A DNA stretch of 64,000 nt from an uncultured Bacillota bacterium. Its GTDB lineage: Bacteria; Bacillota; Clostridia; Christensenellales; UBA1242. The notes below the pieces were generated by a model. The model made no database searches, had not been told where the DNA came from, and saw only the letters and a program-made list of their open reading frames with translations. The position numbers were made by a program, and so were the translations under genes. Below are positions 48,567 to 57,480 of the stretch, one piece after another (the stretch's first letter is position 1; each line of letters opens with the position of its first letter). The stretch is from contig CAMMDQ010000002.1 of assembly GCA_946495675.1 (NCBI GenBank), positions 69,542-133,541 on the forward strand, read 5' to 3'.

Positions 48567-48597
48567 AAAAAGATGCGAGAAAATCGCATCTTTTTTA
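48567..48597 (+). terminator. intrinsic terminator
   Basis: aagatgcga-gaaaa-tcgcatctt followed by tttt. Confidence 0.85.
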
Positions 48598-48655
48598 TTG
48601 CATAATCGGCATATTTTGTATGTTGTATGTGCATAAATCCCACAAAATATAGTTT

Positions 48656-48744
48656 TGGCGCAGAGGACAGGATTCGAACCTGCGGAGGCTTGTGACCTCA
48701 CACGCTTTCCAAGCGTGCGCCTTAAACCGCTCGGCCACCTCTGC
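48656..48744 (-). tRNA. tRNA-Ser (anticodon GGA), CCA encoded
   Basis: Manual fold: acceptor GCAGAGG/CCTCTGC, anticodon stem CACGC/GCGTG with loop TTGGAAA, long variable arm, T-arm GCAGG-TTCGAAT-CCTGT, discriminator G plus CCA. Confidence 0.9.
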
Positions 48745-48889
48745 TTAACACTTGCTGAAATTTTTTTTGTGAAATAACAGCTAGTTTTTCGGGCAGAGCA
48801 AAATTGGTTTGAATGAGACTCCTTGACTTTTAATCAATGGGTCCTTCATTCTGTTGCCGAGCAATGCTCCACCCCCAACTAAACCATTA

Positions 48890-50272
48890 TCAATATTCAC
48901 AGTTGTTTGGCGTTCTTGGAAACAAAATCACATCACGAATATTTGAAACGCCTGTCACATACATCAAAATTCTTTCAAAACCAAGGCCAAAACCGCTATG
49001 TTCAACAGAACCAAACTTGCGAAGATTCATATACCACCAATAATCTTCTTCTTTCAAACCCTTTTCATCCATAATAGCTTTAAGTTTGTAATAATCTGTT
49101 TCTCTTTCGCTACCACCAGTAACTTCACCAATGCCTGGGAAGAGAAGGTCGCAACCTCTTACAGTTTTGCCATCTTCATTAATTTTCATATAGAACGCTT
49201 TGATTTCTTTTGGATAATCGGTAACAAACACAGGTTTTTTAAAAACTTCTTCACTTAAGTATCGTTCATGCTCGGTTTGAATATCGCAGCCCCACTCTAC
49301 TTTAAAGGCAAACTTATCATTGTTCTTTTTCAAAATTTCTATAGCATCAGTATATGTGATATGTGCAAACTGGCTATGGACAACATTGTTCAATCTATCG
49401 ATCAGACCTTTATCAACAAAACTATTAAAGAAAGCCATTTCATCCGGGCATTTTTGCATAATACCAGAAATGATATATTTCATCATTTCTTCTTCAAGAT
49501 CCATAAGCCCGTTTAAATCCATAAAAGATACTTCTGGCTCTAAATGCCAAAACTCATTTAGGTGCCTTGTAGTATTACTATTTTCCGCCCTAAAAGTTGG
49601 ACCAAATGTATAAATTTTTCCAAAAGCCGCTGCGCAAGCTTCCCCTTCAAGCTGCCCAGTTGGAGTCAAAAATGTTTTTTTACCAAATAGTTCATCTTTT
49701 GGATCAAACTGTTTCTTTTCTTCATAAATATTTTGGGTTGTAACTCTGAAAAGCTCACTTCCTCCTTCACAATCTGATGAAGTTATGATTGGTGTGTGCA
49801 CATAAACAAAACCCTTTTTGTTAAAAAATTCGTGAAGAAGAAATGAGAGTTCACTTCTAACTCTAAAAACCGCATTGAAAAGGTTTGTTCTCGGTCTAAG
49901 GTATGCAATTTCGCGCAAAAATTCAAGCGAATGTTTTTTCTTTTGAAGAGGATATTCACTATCCGTTGCGGAAATAACTGTTATTTCACTCGCCTGAATC
50001 TCAAACGGTTGCTTATTTTCTGGAGTAAGAATTACCACCCCTTTGCACATAACAGCAGAACCTGTGTTCAGTTTTTCAACCACATCAAAGTTTGCAACCT
50101 TGTCTTTGGTAAAAACAATTTGCAGTCCTTTAAAGGCTGTTCCATCATTAAGATCAATAAAACCAAACGACCCGTTGCTTCTGCAGCTTTTTACCCATCC
50201 AGCAACGATAATTTCTTTCTCTGAAAATTTTTCTTTTTCTTGATAAAGCAACTTTATATCAACTTTTTTCAT
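48890..50272 (-). CDS. asnS: asparagine--tRNA ligase
   Basis: 460 aa, class IIb, with an N-terminal OB fold and the C-terminus GFGLGFERILMYVTGVSNIRDVILFPRTP. Confidence 0.95.
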   Translation of the reverse strand: MKKVDIKLLYQEKEKFSEKEIIVAGWVKSCRSNGSFGFIDLNDGTAFKGLQIVFTKDKVANFDVVEKLNTGSAVMCKGVVILTPENKQPFEIQASEITVISATDSEYPLQKKKHSLEFLREIAYLRPRTNLFNAVFRVRSELSFLLHEFFNKKGFVYVHTPIITSSDCEGGSELFRVTTQNIYEEKKQFDPKDELFGKKTFLTPTGQLEGEACAAAFGKIYTFGPTFRAENSNTTRHLNEFWHLEPEVSFMDLNGLMDLEEEMMKYIISGIMQKCPDEMAFFNSFVDKGLIDRLNNVVHSQFAHITYTDAIEILKKNNDKFAFKVEWGCDIQTEHERYLSEEVFKKPVFVTDYPKEIKAFYMKINEDGKTVRGCDLLFPGIGEVTGGSERETDYYKLKAIMDEKGLKEEDYWWYMNLRKFGSVEHSGFGLGFERILMYVTGVSNIRDVILFPRTPNNCEY

Positions 50273-50313
50273 ATCAACATCCTTGTCTTTAAATTATTTT
50301 TCGTCAAATCTTT

Positions 50314-51591
50314 TTAAGGATTGAGTCTATCTGGTCCTCTGAAAAGGAATTCCGCTTCTTTAATTGTTGGCACTCCCAACAAGACCATAATCATTCTGTC
50401 AAGCCCAAGCCCAAAACCACCATGAGGAGGAACTCCATACTTGAAAAATTCAAGATAGAACTCAACATCTTTGGCAAGCCCCTTTTCTTCAGCCTGTGCT
50501 TTCAAAACTTCATACCGATGTTCTCTTTGAGCCCCTGTAGTAATTTCAACCCCTTTCCAAATCAAGTCATATCCTTGCGGAACACCATCTTTACGCATAT
50601 GATAGAATGCCCTCTTTTCAAAGCTATAGTCTGTTATAAACAAAAACTCATGACCAAACATCTCTTTTGCCAAATTTTCACAAAGTCTTTCAGCTTCTGT
50701 AGTCAAATCGCCCTTTTCACTTTCATCAACTTTAAAACCATATCTATTTTCAAGTTCACTATAAACATCAGCAAGTTTCATTTTTGGGAAAGGCAAAGAA
50801 GGAACAACTACATCTATGCCAAACACTTCTTTTATCTTTTCGCCGCACCTTTCTTTAATACGCTTTAGCATATGCGCAAGCATTTCTTCTTCCATTTTCA
50901 TAACATCTTCAAATGAATTGATGAAAGAAAATTCGAGATCAAATCCGGTAAATTCTGTAGCATGTTTTTTTGTATGAGATTTTTCAGCCCTAAAAACTGG
51001 TCCACACTCAAAAATGCGTTCAAAACCAGCAGCCATCGCCATCTGTTTATAAAATTGTGGGCTTTGCGCCAAATATGCTTTACGATCAAAATATTTTACC
51101 TCAAACACTTCAGAACCGCTTTCGCTAGCTGTTGGGATTAATTTTGGAGTATGGATTTCAATAAAGTGTCTTTCAAGCAAAAACTCTCGCAAAGCTGCAG
51201 CCATAACAGTCTGCACTTGAAAAATCAACTGATTTTTCACTTGTCGCAAATCTAGCCAACGATAATCAAGTCGCTGGTCAATAAAACTTTCTGGGCCGAT
51301 AGGAAGAGCCTCAGCCTTTGAAGTTATCTCCACACTTTCAGGGATTATTTCAATCCCTCCAAGTTTAACATAATCATTTTTAACTGCCTTTCCTATCACT
51401 TTGATTGTGCTTTCAAGTGTTGCATGTGAAAAAATCTCTGCAACTTCTGGTGTTTCGCTTTTTACAACAGTAATTTGTATTTTCCCAGATAAATCTCGAA
51501 TAACAACAAATTGCATATTTTTTTTATCTCTTAAATTTTCAATCCAGCCTTGAACTTCAACAGGTCCTTCTTTTATATCTGCAATTCTCAT
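50314..51591 (-). CDS. aspS: aspartate--tRNA ligase, short archaeal/eukaryal-type (no GAD insertion)
   Basis: 425 aa with FRAEKSHTKKHATEF and GGFGLGLDRMIMVLLG. Its size and the C-terminal FRGPDRLNP are typical of type-2 AspRS. Confidence 0.9.
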   Translation of the reverse strand: MRIADIKEGPVEVQGWIENLRDKKNMQFVVIRDLSGKIQITVVKSETPEVAEIFSHATLESTIKVIGKAVKNDYVKLGGIEIIPESVEITSKAEALPIGPESFIDQRLDYRWLDLRQVKNQLIFQVQTVMAAALREFLLERHFIEIHTPKLIPTASESGSEVFEVKYFDRKAYLAQSPQFYKQMAMAAGFERIFECGPVFRAEKSHTKKHATEFTGFDLEFSFINSFEDVMKMEEEMLAHMLKRIKERCGEKIKEVFGIDVVVPSLPFPKMKLADVYSELENRYGFKVDESEKGDLTTEAERLCENLAKEMFGHEFLFITDYSFEKRAFYHMRKDGVPQGYDLIWKGVEITTGAQREHRYEVLKAQAEEKGLAKDVEFYLEFFKYGVPPHGGFGLGLDRMIMVLLGVPTIKEAEFLFRGPDRLNP

Positions 51592-51740
51592 ATATTCTCC
51601 TTACAAAGAAGAATTATATCACAATTTTTAACTCTTAGCAAGAAAATAAAAAACATTAAAAAATAAAATATAAATAATTTTATATTTATTACATTTGTGA
51701 ATAAGTCTCAAAAATCTTTTTGACATGCTAAACTTTTATC

Positions 51741-51791
51741 AACAAAAAAACTGCATCTTACACGCAGTCTTCTCTTTGGTGCGAGCGGTGG
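51741..51791. repeat. 51-bp direct repeat, copy 1 (tRNA-Leu terminator plus last 15 nt of the tRNA, without the tRNA body)
   Basis: Identical to 51878-51928 (offset 137 bp), read directly. Confidence 0.95.
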
Positions 51792-51877
51792 AAGCCCTGC
51801 CCCTAAAATGCTCCTCATTTTTGGGGACCCCACGAACCCAAGGATTCGACTCCCACATTCATGCAATTTCTATCTTA

Positions 51878-51928
51878 AACAAAAAAACTGCATCTTACAC
51901 GCAGTCTTCTCTTTGGTGCGAGCGGTGG
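51878..51928. repeat. 51-bp direct repeat, copy 2 (overlaps the genuine tRNA-Leu 3' end and its terminator)
   Basis: Identical to 51741-51791. Confidence 0.95.
51881..51905 (-). terminator. intrinsic terminator of tRNA-Leu
   Basis: On the minus strand, actgcgt-gtaag-atgcagt followed by ttttttt, 8 nt after the CCA end. Confidence 0.75.
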
Positions 51929-51995
51929 GAGTCGAACCCACACGGTTTCCCACTTGCCCCTTAAACAAGCGCGTCTGCCATTCCGCCACGCTCGC
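51914..51995 (-). tRNA. tRNA-Leu with anticodon AAG (A34), CCA encoded
   Basis: Manual fold: acceptor GCGAGCG/CGCTCGC, D-arm GCGGAATGGCAGACGC, anticodon stem CTTGT/GCAAG with loop TTAAGGG, 11-nt variable region, T-arm GTGGG-TTCGACT-CCCAC, discriminator A. Confidence 0.8.
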
Positions 51996-52019
51996 ACATC
52001 CCTTATTGTTACTCTATAA

Positions 52020-52048
52020 ATTATAGAGATTTTAACATGCTTTGTCAA
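52020..52048 (-). promoter_or_regulatory. consensus sigma-A promoter for tRNA-Leu
   Basis: On the minus strand, TTGACA-17 nt-TATAAT, with the -10 element ending about 25 nt upstream of the mature tRNA 5' end. Confidence 0.8.
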
Positions 52049-52124
52049 GAGATTTAGTCAAAATTTTGCAAAAAATTAAATAAAAACAATAAAGGCAAAC
52101 AAATAACTGTTCACCTTTATTTGG

Positions 52125-52409
52125 TTATCTATTTCTTGAATTAAATTCTTCAAGTCCCTTCTCAAACTGAGTTTTGCTTTCAGGGTCCAAACTAAACAAA
52201 AGTCCAAAAAGCTGACCGACATGAAGTTTTTCTTCTAGAACAATATCTCTTATTGTCTGCTGCGCTGCCACATCCGTTGTCTGCTCTAAATGATTCTCGT
52301 ATTGAATGATTGCATCAAGTTCTCCAATAATATCTTCTCTTGCGTTTTGAACAGTTAAAAACTTGTTCGGCCTGCTTTGATTGTCAACCAAGCTAAAAAA
52401 TCTGCGCAT
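52125..52409 (-). CDS. EncFtn-like (encapsulated-ferritin-type) mini-ferritin, 94 aa
   Basis: ATG 52409 behind GGAGGAAAATT. GELDAIIQY...30 residues...EEKLH reproduces the E-x6-Y and E-x29-E-x2-H spacing of the EncFtn di-iron site. Confidence 0.65.
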   Translation of the reverse strand: MRRFFSLVDNQSRPNKFLTVQNAREDIIGELDAIIQYENHLEQTTDVAAQQTIRDIVLEEKLHVGQLFGLLFSLDPESKTQFEKGLEEFNSRNR

Positions 52410-52485
52410 AATTTTCCTCCTAATCGATTTTATATATGCACATCTTTTAAGTTTTGTCAAAAAAAAGCATGCTTCCACATGCCTT

Positions 52486-53742
52486 TTAACCAACCTCTTG
52501 TTTGTCGTCAATTTTGATAATTTCTGGTTGAACATTATCAAATTCAATAAACTTATCTGTTACAACAATCTTTTTGATATCTTTATAGCTAGGAACTTCA
52601 AACATAAGTTTTGTCATTTTGCTTTCAAGAATTGTTCGAAGTCCACGGGCACCCGTTTTAAGTTCCATAGCTTTTTTTGCGATTGCGGCCACAGCATCAT
52701 CAGAAAACTCAATTTCAACACCATCAATCTTAAACATAAGCTTATATTGTTTTATAATCGAATTTTTTGGCTCAGTCAAGATTTTAACAAGTGCCTCTTG
52801 GGTCAAATCGTCAAGACCAACCACAACAGGCAATCTGCCAATAAACTCTGGAATAAGACCAAATTTGATCAAATCAATTGGTTGAATATCCTTTACAATA
52901 TTCACTTGAGCCTTTTCTTCATTCGTCTTTATAGTCGCGTTAAATCCAAGATTAGTATCATTCTTTCTTTGATCAATAATCTTGTCAATTCCAACAAAAG
53001 CACCTCCACAAATAAAAAGAATGTTTGTGGTATCAATTTGAATCATCTCTTGATGCGGATGCTTTCTGCCGCCTTGCGGTGGAACAGAGGCAACCGTGCT
53101 TTCCATAATTTTTAAAAGAGCTTGCTGAACTCCTTCACCTGCAACATCTCGAGTTATTGAAACATTTTGTGTTTTCTTGGCAATCTTGTCAATTTCGTCA
53201 ATATAGATAATTCCTCGCTGAGCCTTTTCAATGTCGTAATCGGCATTTTGAATAAGTTTTAGCAAAATATTTTCTACATCATCTCCCACATAGCCGGCTT
53301 CTGTCAAAGTTGTGGCATCGGCAGCAGCAAAAGGGACTTTCAAGATTTTTGCAAGCATTTTTGCAAGCAGAGTTTTGCCTGTTCCTGTCGGGCCAACCAT
53401 AAGAATGTTGCTTTTTTCAAGTTCAACTTCGTCTTTATCTTTTTCCGTTTTCAAAAAGTTGTAATTCAAGCGTTTATAGTGATTATAAACAGCCACAGCC
53501 AAAACTCTTTTGGCTTCATCTTGCCCCACAATATACTGGTCCAAAGCCTCCTTGATTTGACTTGGCGTTGGCAATTCGATTTTTTCAAAAGATGTTTTTT
53601 TGCCAAGTTCTGCAATTATATCTTTGCAAATGCCAACACATTCATCACAAATGTAAGCTTCTCCGTTTGGAGAAGCAATAAGTTTTTTAGCCTCCTTTTG
53701 ACCTTTACCGCAAAAAGAACACTTATATTGATTTTGTTCCAT
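52486..53742 (-). CDS. clpX: ATP-dependent Clp protease ATP-binding subunit ClpX
   Basis: N-terminal zinc finger CSFCGK...CDEC, Walker A GPTGTGKT and IYIDEIDK. Confidence 0.98.
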   Translation of the reverse strand: MEQNQYKCSFCGKGQKEAKKLIASPNGEAYICDECVGICKDIIAELGKKTSFEKIELPTPSQIKEALDQYIVGQDEAKRVLAVAVYNHYKRLNYNFLKTEKDKDEVELEKSNILMVGPTGTGKTLLAKMLAKILKVPFAAADATTLTEAGYVGDDVENILLKLIQNADYDIEKAQRGIIYIDEIDKIAKKTQNVSITRDVAGEGVQQALLKIMESTVASVPPQGGRKHPHQEMIQIDTTNILFICGGAFVGIDKIIDQRKNDTNLGFNATIKTNEEKAQVNIVKDIQPIDLIKFGLIPEFIGRLPVVVGLDDLTQEALVKILTEPKNSIIKQYKLMFKIDGVEIEFSDDAVAAIAKKAMELKTGARGLRTILESKMTKLMFEVPSYKDIKKIVVTDKFIEFDNVQPEIIKIDDKQEVG

Positions 53743-53750
53743 AAAACTCC

Positions 53751-54344
53751 TTATTTTTTAGTTGTTTTTCTTGTTTGGAAAATTTCGTCAATCAGACCAT
53801 ACTCTTTTGCTTCCTGTGCGGTCATATAATTGTCTCTATCAGTGTCTTTTTCAACAATATCTAAAGGTTTGCCTGTGTTTTCGCTAAGCATTTTGTTCAT
53901 GCGATCCTTAATATATTGAATGTGATTTGCCTGGATTTGAATATCACTAACCTGCCCTTGAGCCCCGCCAAGAGGTTGATGAATCATAATTTCACTGTTT
54001 GGTAAAGCAAATCTTTTGCCGTTTGTTCCTCCAGCAAGCAAGAAAGCTCCCATTGAGGCAGCTCTGCCCACGCAGATTGTGGAAACATCACATTTAATAT
54101 ATTTCATGGTGTCATATATTGCAAGCCCTGCAGAAACTGATCCACCCGGACTATTTATATATATGAAAATATCTTTGTTTGGGTTTTTGCCTTCCAGGTA
54201 TATCAGTTGTGCAACCACTATATTTGCCACATCATCAGTAATCTCGCCATTTAAAAAAATGATTCGATCTTCAAGCAGCCTTGAATAAATATCGTAAGAC
54301 CTTTCGCTGTTGCCCGTTTGGTCAATAACCATAGGTATTAACAT
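53751..54344 (-). CDS. clpP: ATP-dependent Clp protease proteolytic subunit
   Basis: [14 protein letters not shown] catalytic Ser and MIHQP His. ATG 54344 behind GGGAGG. Confidence 0.97.
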   Translation of the reverse strand: MLIPMVIDQTGNSERSYDIYSRLLEDRIIFLNGEITDDVANIVVAQLIYLEGKNPNKDIFIYINSPGGSVSAGLAIYDTMKYIKCDVSTICVGRAASMGAFLLAGGTNGKRFALPNSEIMIHQPLGGAQGQVSDIQIQANHIQYIKDRMNKMLSENTGKPLDIVEKDTDRDNYMTAQEAKEYGLIDEIFQTRKTTKK

Positions 54345-54406
54345 AATATATCCTCCCAAAAGAAATATTTTTTATACAAAGTTATGATATTTTAGTTATT
54401 GACAAA

Positions 54407-55681
54407 TTATTTATTTTTAGATTTAATAAAATCCAATAATTTTGTCATAACAATGTTATTTTCAAAGAAAGCATAGTCATTTGGAGAAAGATTTTTCTTA
54501 AATTCTTCTTCGCTCATGCCATATTGTGCTGCATACTCAGCAATTTTAGCATCAAGTTCTTCACTTGTGGCTGTTATATTGTTTTTGCTGATGATTTTTT
54601 GCAGAACAAGGCGAGTTTTTATATTTTTCTCCGCATCATTTTCTCGTTCTTTCTTAAATTGTTCAATAGTCTTTCCAATATAAGCAAGATAATCTTCCAT
54701 TTTCATGCCTTGATGTGAAAGTCTATGAGCAAAATCTTCCACCATATGCTCAACTTCATGCTCAACCATTGAATGAGGAATTTCAAGTTTGCATCTGTCA
54801 ACAATTTCGTCAATAAGAGCAACTTCGTAATCTCTTTCAGCTTTTTCTTCTTCTGTCTTTTTAAGTTGTTCTTTAATTGATTTTTTATACTCTTCAAGGG
54901 TTTCAAATTCAGTTGTGTCTGAAACAAATTTGTCGTTAATTTCTGGCAAAACTTTCTTTTCAACTTTCTTTACTGTAACTGCAAAAACAGCATCTTTGCC
55001 TTTAAGATTTTCAGCTCCGTAGTTTTCTGGAAATTTAACATTAATATCTTTGCTCTCACCCTTTTTCATGCCAACCACCTGTTCTTCAAATCCTTCAATA
55101 AAGGTGTGTGAGCCAAGTTCAAGGCGATAGTCCTGTGCGCTGCCACCTTCAAATTTCACTCCATCAACAGAACCTGAAAAATCAATAGTTGCAAAGTCTC
55201 CATTTTCGCAGACTTTGTCTTCTTCAACCATTCTTGCATGTTTTTCTTGCTCTTTTTTAAGCTCTGCCTCAATTTGTTCATCCGAAATCTTTACTTCGCT
55301 GCGTTTACTTTTTAACCCAGACAAGCTGCCAATTTCAACTTCTGGCATAAGGTCAAAAGTAAGTGTTGCTTCAAGCCCGCTATCAACTGTAAAAGAATTC
55401 ATCTCCACTTGAGGATATGAAGCAGGCACAACATCTTTGTTCTCAGTCAAAAATTTGTTGTATTCTTCGTTAACAACATTTTCAAAAGCATCTTCAAAGA
55501 AAATTGTATCGCCATAAGTTTGTTCAATAACTTTCTTAGGAGCCTTTCCCTTTCTAAAACCTTGAACAGTGAATCTGCCTTTAGTTTTTTCATAAACAGC
55601 ATTGACTGCTTTATCCCAGTTTTCTTTTGAAATTTTGATTTTTAAAATTCCTTTTTTGTCTTTCTTTTCGTATGTAAACAT
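54407..55681 (-). CDS. tig: trigger factor
   Basis: 424 aa with GFRKGKAPKKVIE ribosome-binding motif and a central FKBP-type PPIase. Confidence 0.96.
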   Translation of the reverse strand: MFTYEKKDKKGILKIKISKENWDKAVNAVYEKTKGRFTVQGFRKGKAPKKVIEQTYGDTIFFEDAFENVVNEEYNKFLTENKDVVPASYPQVEMNSFTVDSGLEATLTFDLMPEVEIGSLSGLKSKRSEVKISDEQIEAELKKEQEKHARMVEEDKVCENGDFATIDFSGSVDGVKFEGGSAQDYRLELGSHTFIEGFEEQVVGMKKGESKDINVKFPENYGAENLKGKDAVFAVTVKKVEKKVLPEINDKFVSDTTEFETLEEYKKSIKEQLKKTEEEKAERDYEVALIDEIVDRCKLEIPHSMVEHEVEHMVEDFAHRLSHQGMKMEDYLAYIGKTIEQFKKERENDAEKNIKTRLVLQKIISKNNITATSEELDAKIAEYAAQYGMSEEEFKKNLSPNDYAFFENNIVMTKLLDFIKSKNK

Positions 55682-55790
55682 ATTTTTCTCCTTTTTGTCC
55701 GAATAATTTTAGCACAATAAATTTTTTTTATCAACTATTTTTATATAAAAAAAGAGATGCTCAGCTCTCTTTTGTGTCGAAAAGATGTTC

Positions 55791-56171
55791 TTAAAAAAGT
55801 CTGCCCGAAAAAAGCAAGACCACGCAGGAAACAAGTATGGCTAAAACAACAATCATTTTGCATATTTCTAAAAATTTTTCCTTACGCAACGACTTTTTGA
55901 AACTTTGAAAATATCTTTCATTCTCAGCGACAATTTCACTCATAGTTAAATTTGTTGAATTGACCAGTTTTGCACAATAAAGATTAAAACGCTCTTGCAA
56001 ATTTTTATGAAAACTTGTTATGTAAGAGTTGATCAGCACATAAAGCCAATAAAGGCAGAGAGCAACAAAAATTGCGAAAGAAAAATACACAAAACCTTCC
56101 CAAAAGGTTTTCAAAAATCCAAATAATAAGATAAAAACAACGCCGCCAAGTGTAAGTAAAAAATTCAGCAT
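55791..56171 (-). CDS. small membrane protein (126 aa)
   Basis: 3 TM helices. Its ATG overlaps the upstream stop (TAATG). Confidence 0.6.
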   Translation of the reverse strand: MLNFLLTLGGVVFILLFGFLKTFWEGFVYFSFAIFVALCLYWLYVLINSYITSFHKNLQERFNLYCAKLVNSTNLTMSEIVAENERYFQSFKKSLRKEKFLEICKMIVVLAILVSCVVLLFSGRLF

Positions 56172-56470
56172 TATATCACCGTCAAAATGTATAGCACAAC
56201 AATAGTGACAACAAAAATCACATAACAAATAAGCCAAGCTTTGTGTGGATGAGTTTTAACCCAAAAGAATGCCAAAAAGATTGAAATCAAATAGGCTATG
56301 ACTTCACCAATCGTGCGAAAAACATTTGAAACATTGACATTGTTTTCAAAAATAAGTGTTAATATCAGTGCAATGGCAATGCAGCCTATTCCAATAAAAG
56401 CAACAAATGAAAGAATTTGATTAAATGAAAGTTTTTCCTTTTTTTTAGGACTCTGCAAATTGTTTTCCAT
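56171..56470 (-). CDS. small membrane protein (99 aa)
   Basis: 3 TM helices. Its AGGAG RBS overlaps the gap stop codon. Confidence 0.65.
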   Translation of the reverse strand: MENNLQSPKKKEKLSFNQILSFVAFIGIGCIAIALILTLIFENNVNVSNVFRTIGEVIAYLISIFLAFFWVKTHPHKAWLICYVIFVVTIVVLYILTVI

Positions 56471-56478
56471 TTTTTCTC

Positions 56479-57480
56479 CTATTTTGAAATATGCACGCAA
56501 AGATCAACAGTTTTATTTGAATAGCCCCATTCGTTATCATACCACGCCACCAATTTAACTGAATGAGGATTTAAGATAATTGAAGCATTGACATCAAAAA
56601 TGCAAGTTCTGCTGTCTCCAATAAAATCTGACGATACAACTGCGTCATCTGTTATACCAATTACGCCTTTCATTTCTTTTTTTGAGGCTTTGGTTATCAC
56701 TTTTGCAATCTCTTCAATTGATGCCGGTTTCTTGAGAGAGCATGTCAAATCAACAACAGATGCATCAAGTGTTGGCACTCTATAGCTCATGCCTGTCAGT
56801 TTTCCTTCAAGCTGTGGCAACACTTGTCCAACAGCTTTTGCCGCGCCTGTCGATGAAGGGATAATGTTGTAAGATGCGGCTCTACCACCCCGCCAATCTT
56901 TTTTTGAAGGTCCATCGACTGTCAGTTGAGTTGCGGTTGTTGAATGAACCGTTGACATCAACCCCCATTCAATTCCGAAAGCATCATCAATAACTTTTAC
57001 CAAAGGTGCAAGGCAGTTTGTTGTGCATGAGGCATTTGAAACCACGAGCATATTTTTCTTGTAATCTTTATGGTTAACTCCCATGACAAACATAGGCATG
57101 TTTTTGCCAGGAGCAGAAACGACAACCTTTTTTGAACCCGCTTCAATGTGTTTTACAGCATCTTCGTATTTTGTAAATTTACCGCTAGACTCAACCACAA
57201 CATCAACATCATGATTTTTCCATGGAATTAAAGAAGGTTCCTTCTCGTTGTAAAAAGCTATTTCGCTGCCATTAACAACAAGTTTGTTTTTGACAACTTT
57301 ACACTCACAATCAAAATGTCCATGAATGGAGTCATGCAAGAACAGATATTTGCCATATTCAGCATCAATAAAAGGGTCGTTGATCGCCACCACTTGCACA
57401 TCCTCTCTGTTTGTGCAAACTCTTAAAACAAGTCTCCCTATTCTTCCAAAACCATTGATTGCAATTCTGATTTTTTTCAT
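56479..57480 (-). CDS. gap: glyceraldehyde-3-phosphate dehydrogenase
   Basis: INGFGRIGR, catalytic [12 protein letters not shown] and WYDNEWGYS. Confidence 0.97.
   Translation of the reverse strand: MKKIRIAINGFGRIGRLVLRVCTNREDVQVVAINDPFIDAEYGKYLFLHDSIHGHFDCECKVVKNKLVVNGSEIAFYNEKEPSLIPWKNHDVDVVVESSGKFTKYEDAVKHIEAGSKKVVVSAPGKNMPMFVMGVNHKDYKKNMLVVSNASCTTNCLAPLVKVIDDAFGIEWGLMSTVHSTTATQLTVDGPSKKDWRGGRAASYNIIPSSTGAAKAVGQVLPQLEGKLTGMSYRVPTLDASVVDLTCSLKKPASIEEIAKVITKASKKEMKGVIGITDDAVVSSDFIGDSRTCIFDVNASIILNPHSVKLVAWYDNEWGYSNKTVDLCVHISK

Noticed and set aside
48345-48701. 118-aa minus-strand ORF in the track
   Set aside because: It runs through tRNA-Ser and is antisense to the well-supported YjzC-like gene and its terminator. 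It has no RBS, so I treat it as spurious.
51792-51877. Possibility that the spacer plus repeat copy 1 is a second functional tRNA
   Set aside because: There is no 5' acceptor strand complementary to cgctcgc, no intact T-arm or D-arm, and the T-arm fragment is in the wrong orientation. I treat it as a remnant.
51725-52026. Two plus-strand ORFs (79 and 72 aa) over the tRNA-Leu locus
   Set aside because: They are created by the duplicated tRNA/terminator sequence and are antisense to a tRNA, so they are not coding.
52381-53115. 244-aa plus-strand ORF
   Set aside because: It is entirely antisense to clpX with a low-complexity Leu/Phe/Asn translation. This is a typical shadow ORF in AT-rich DNA.
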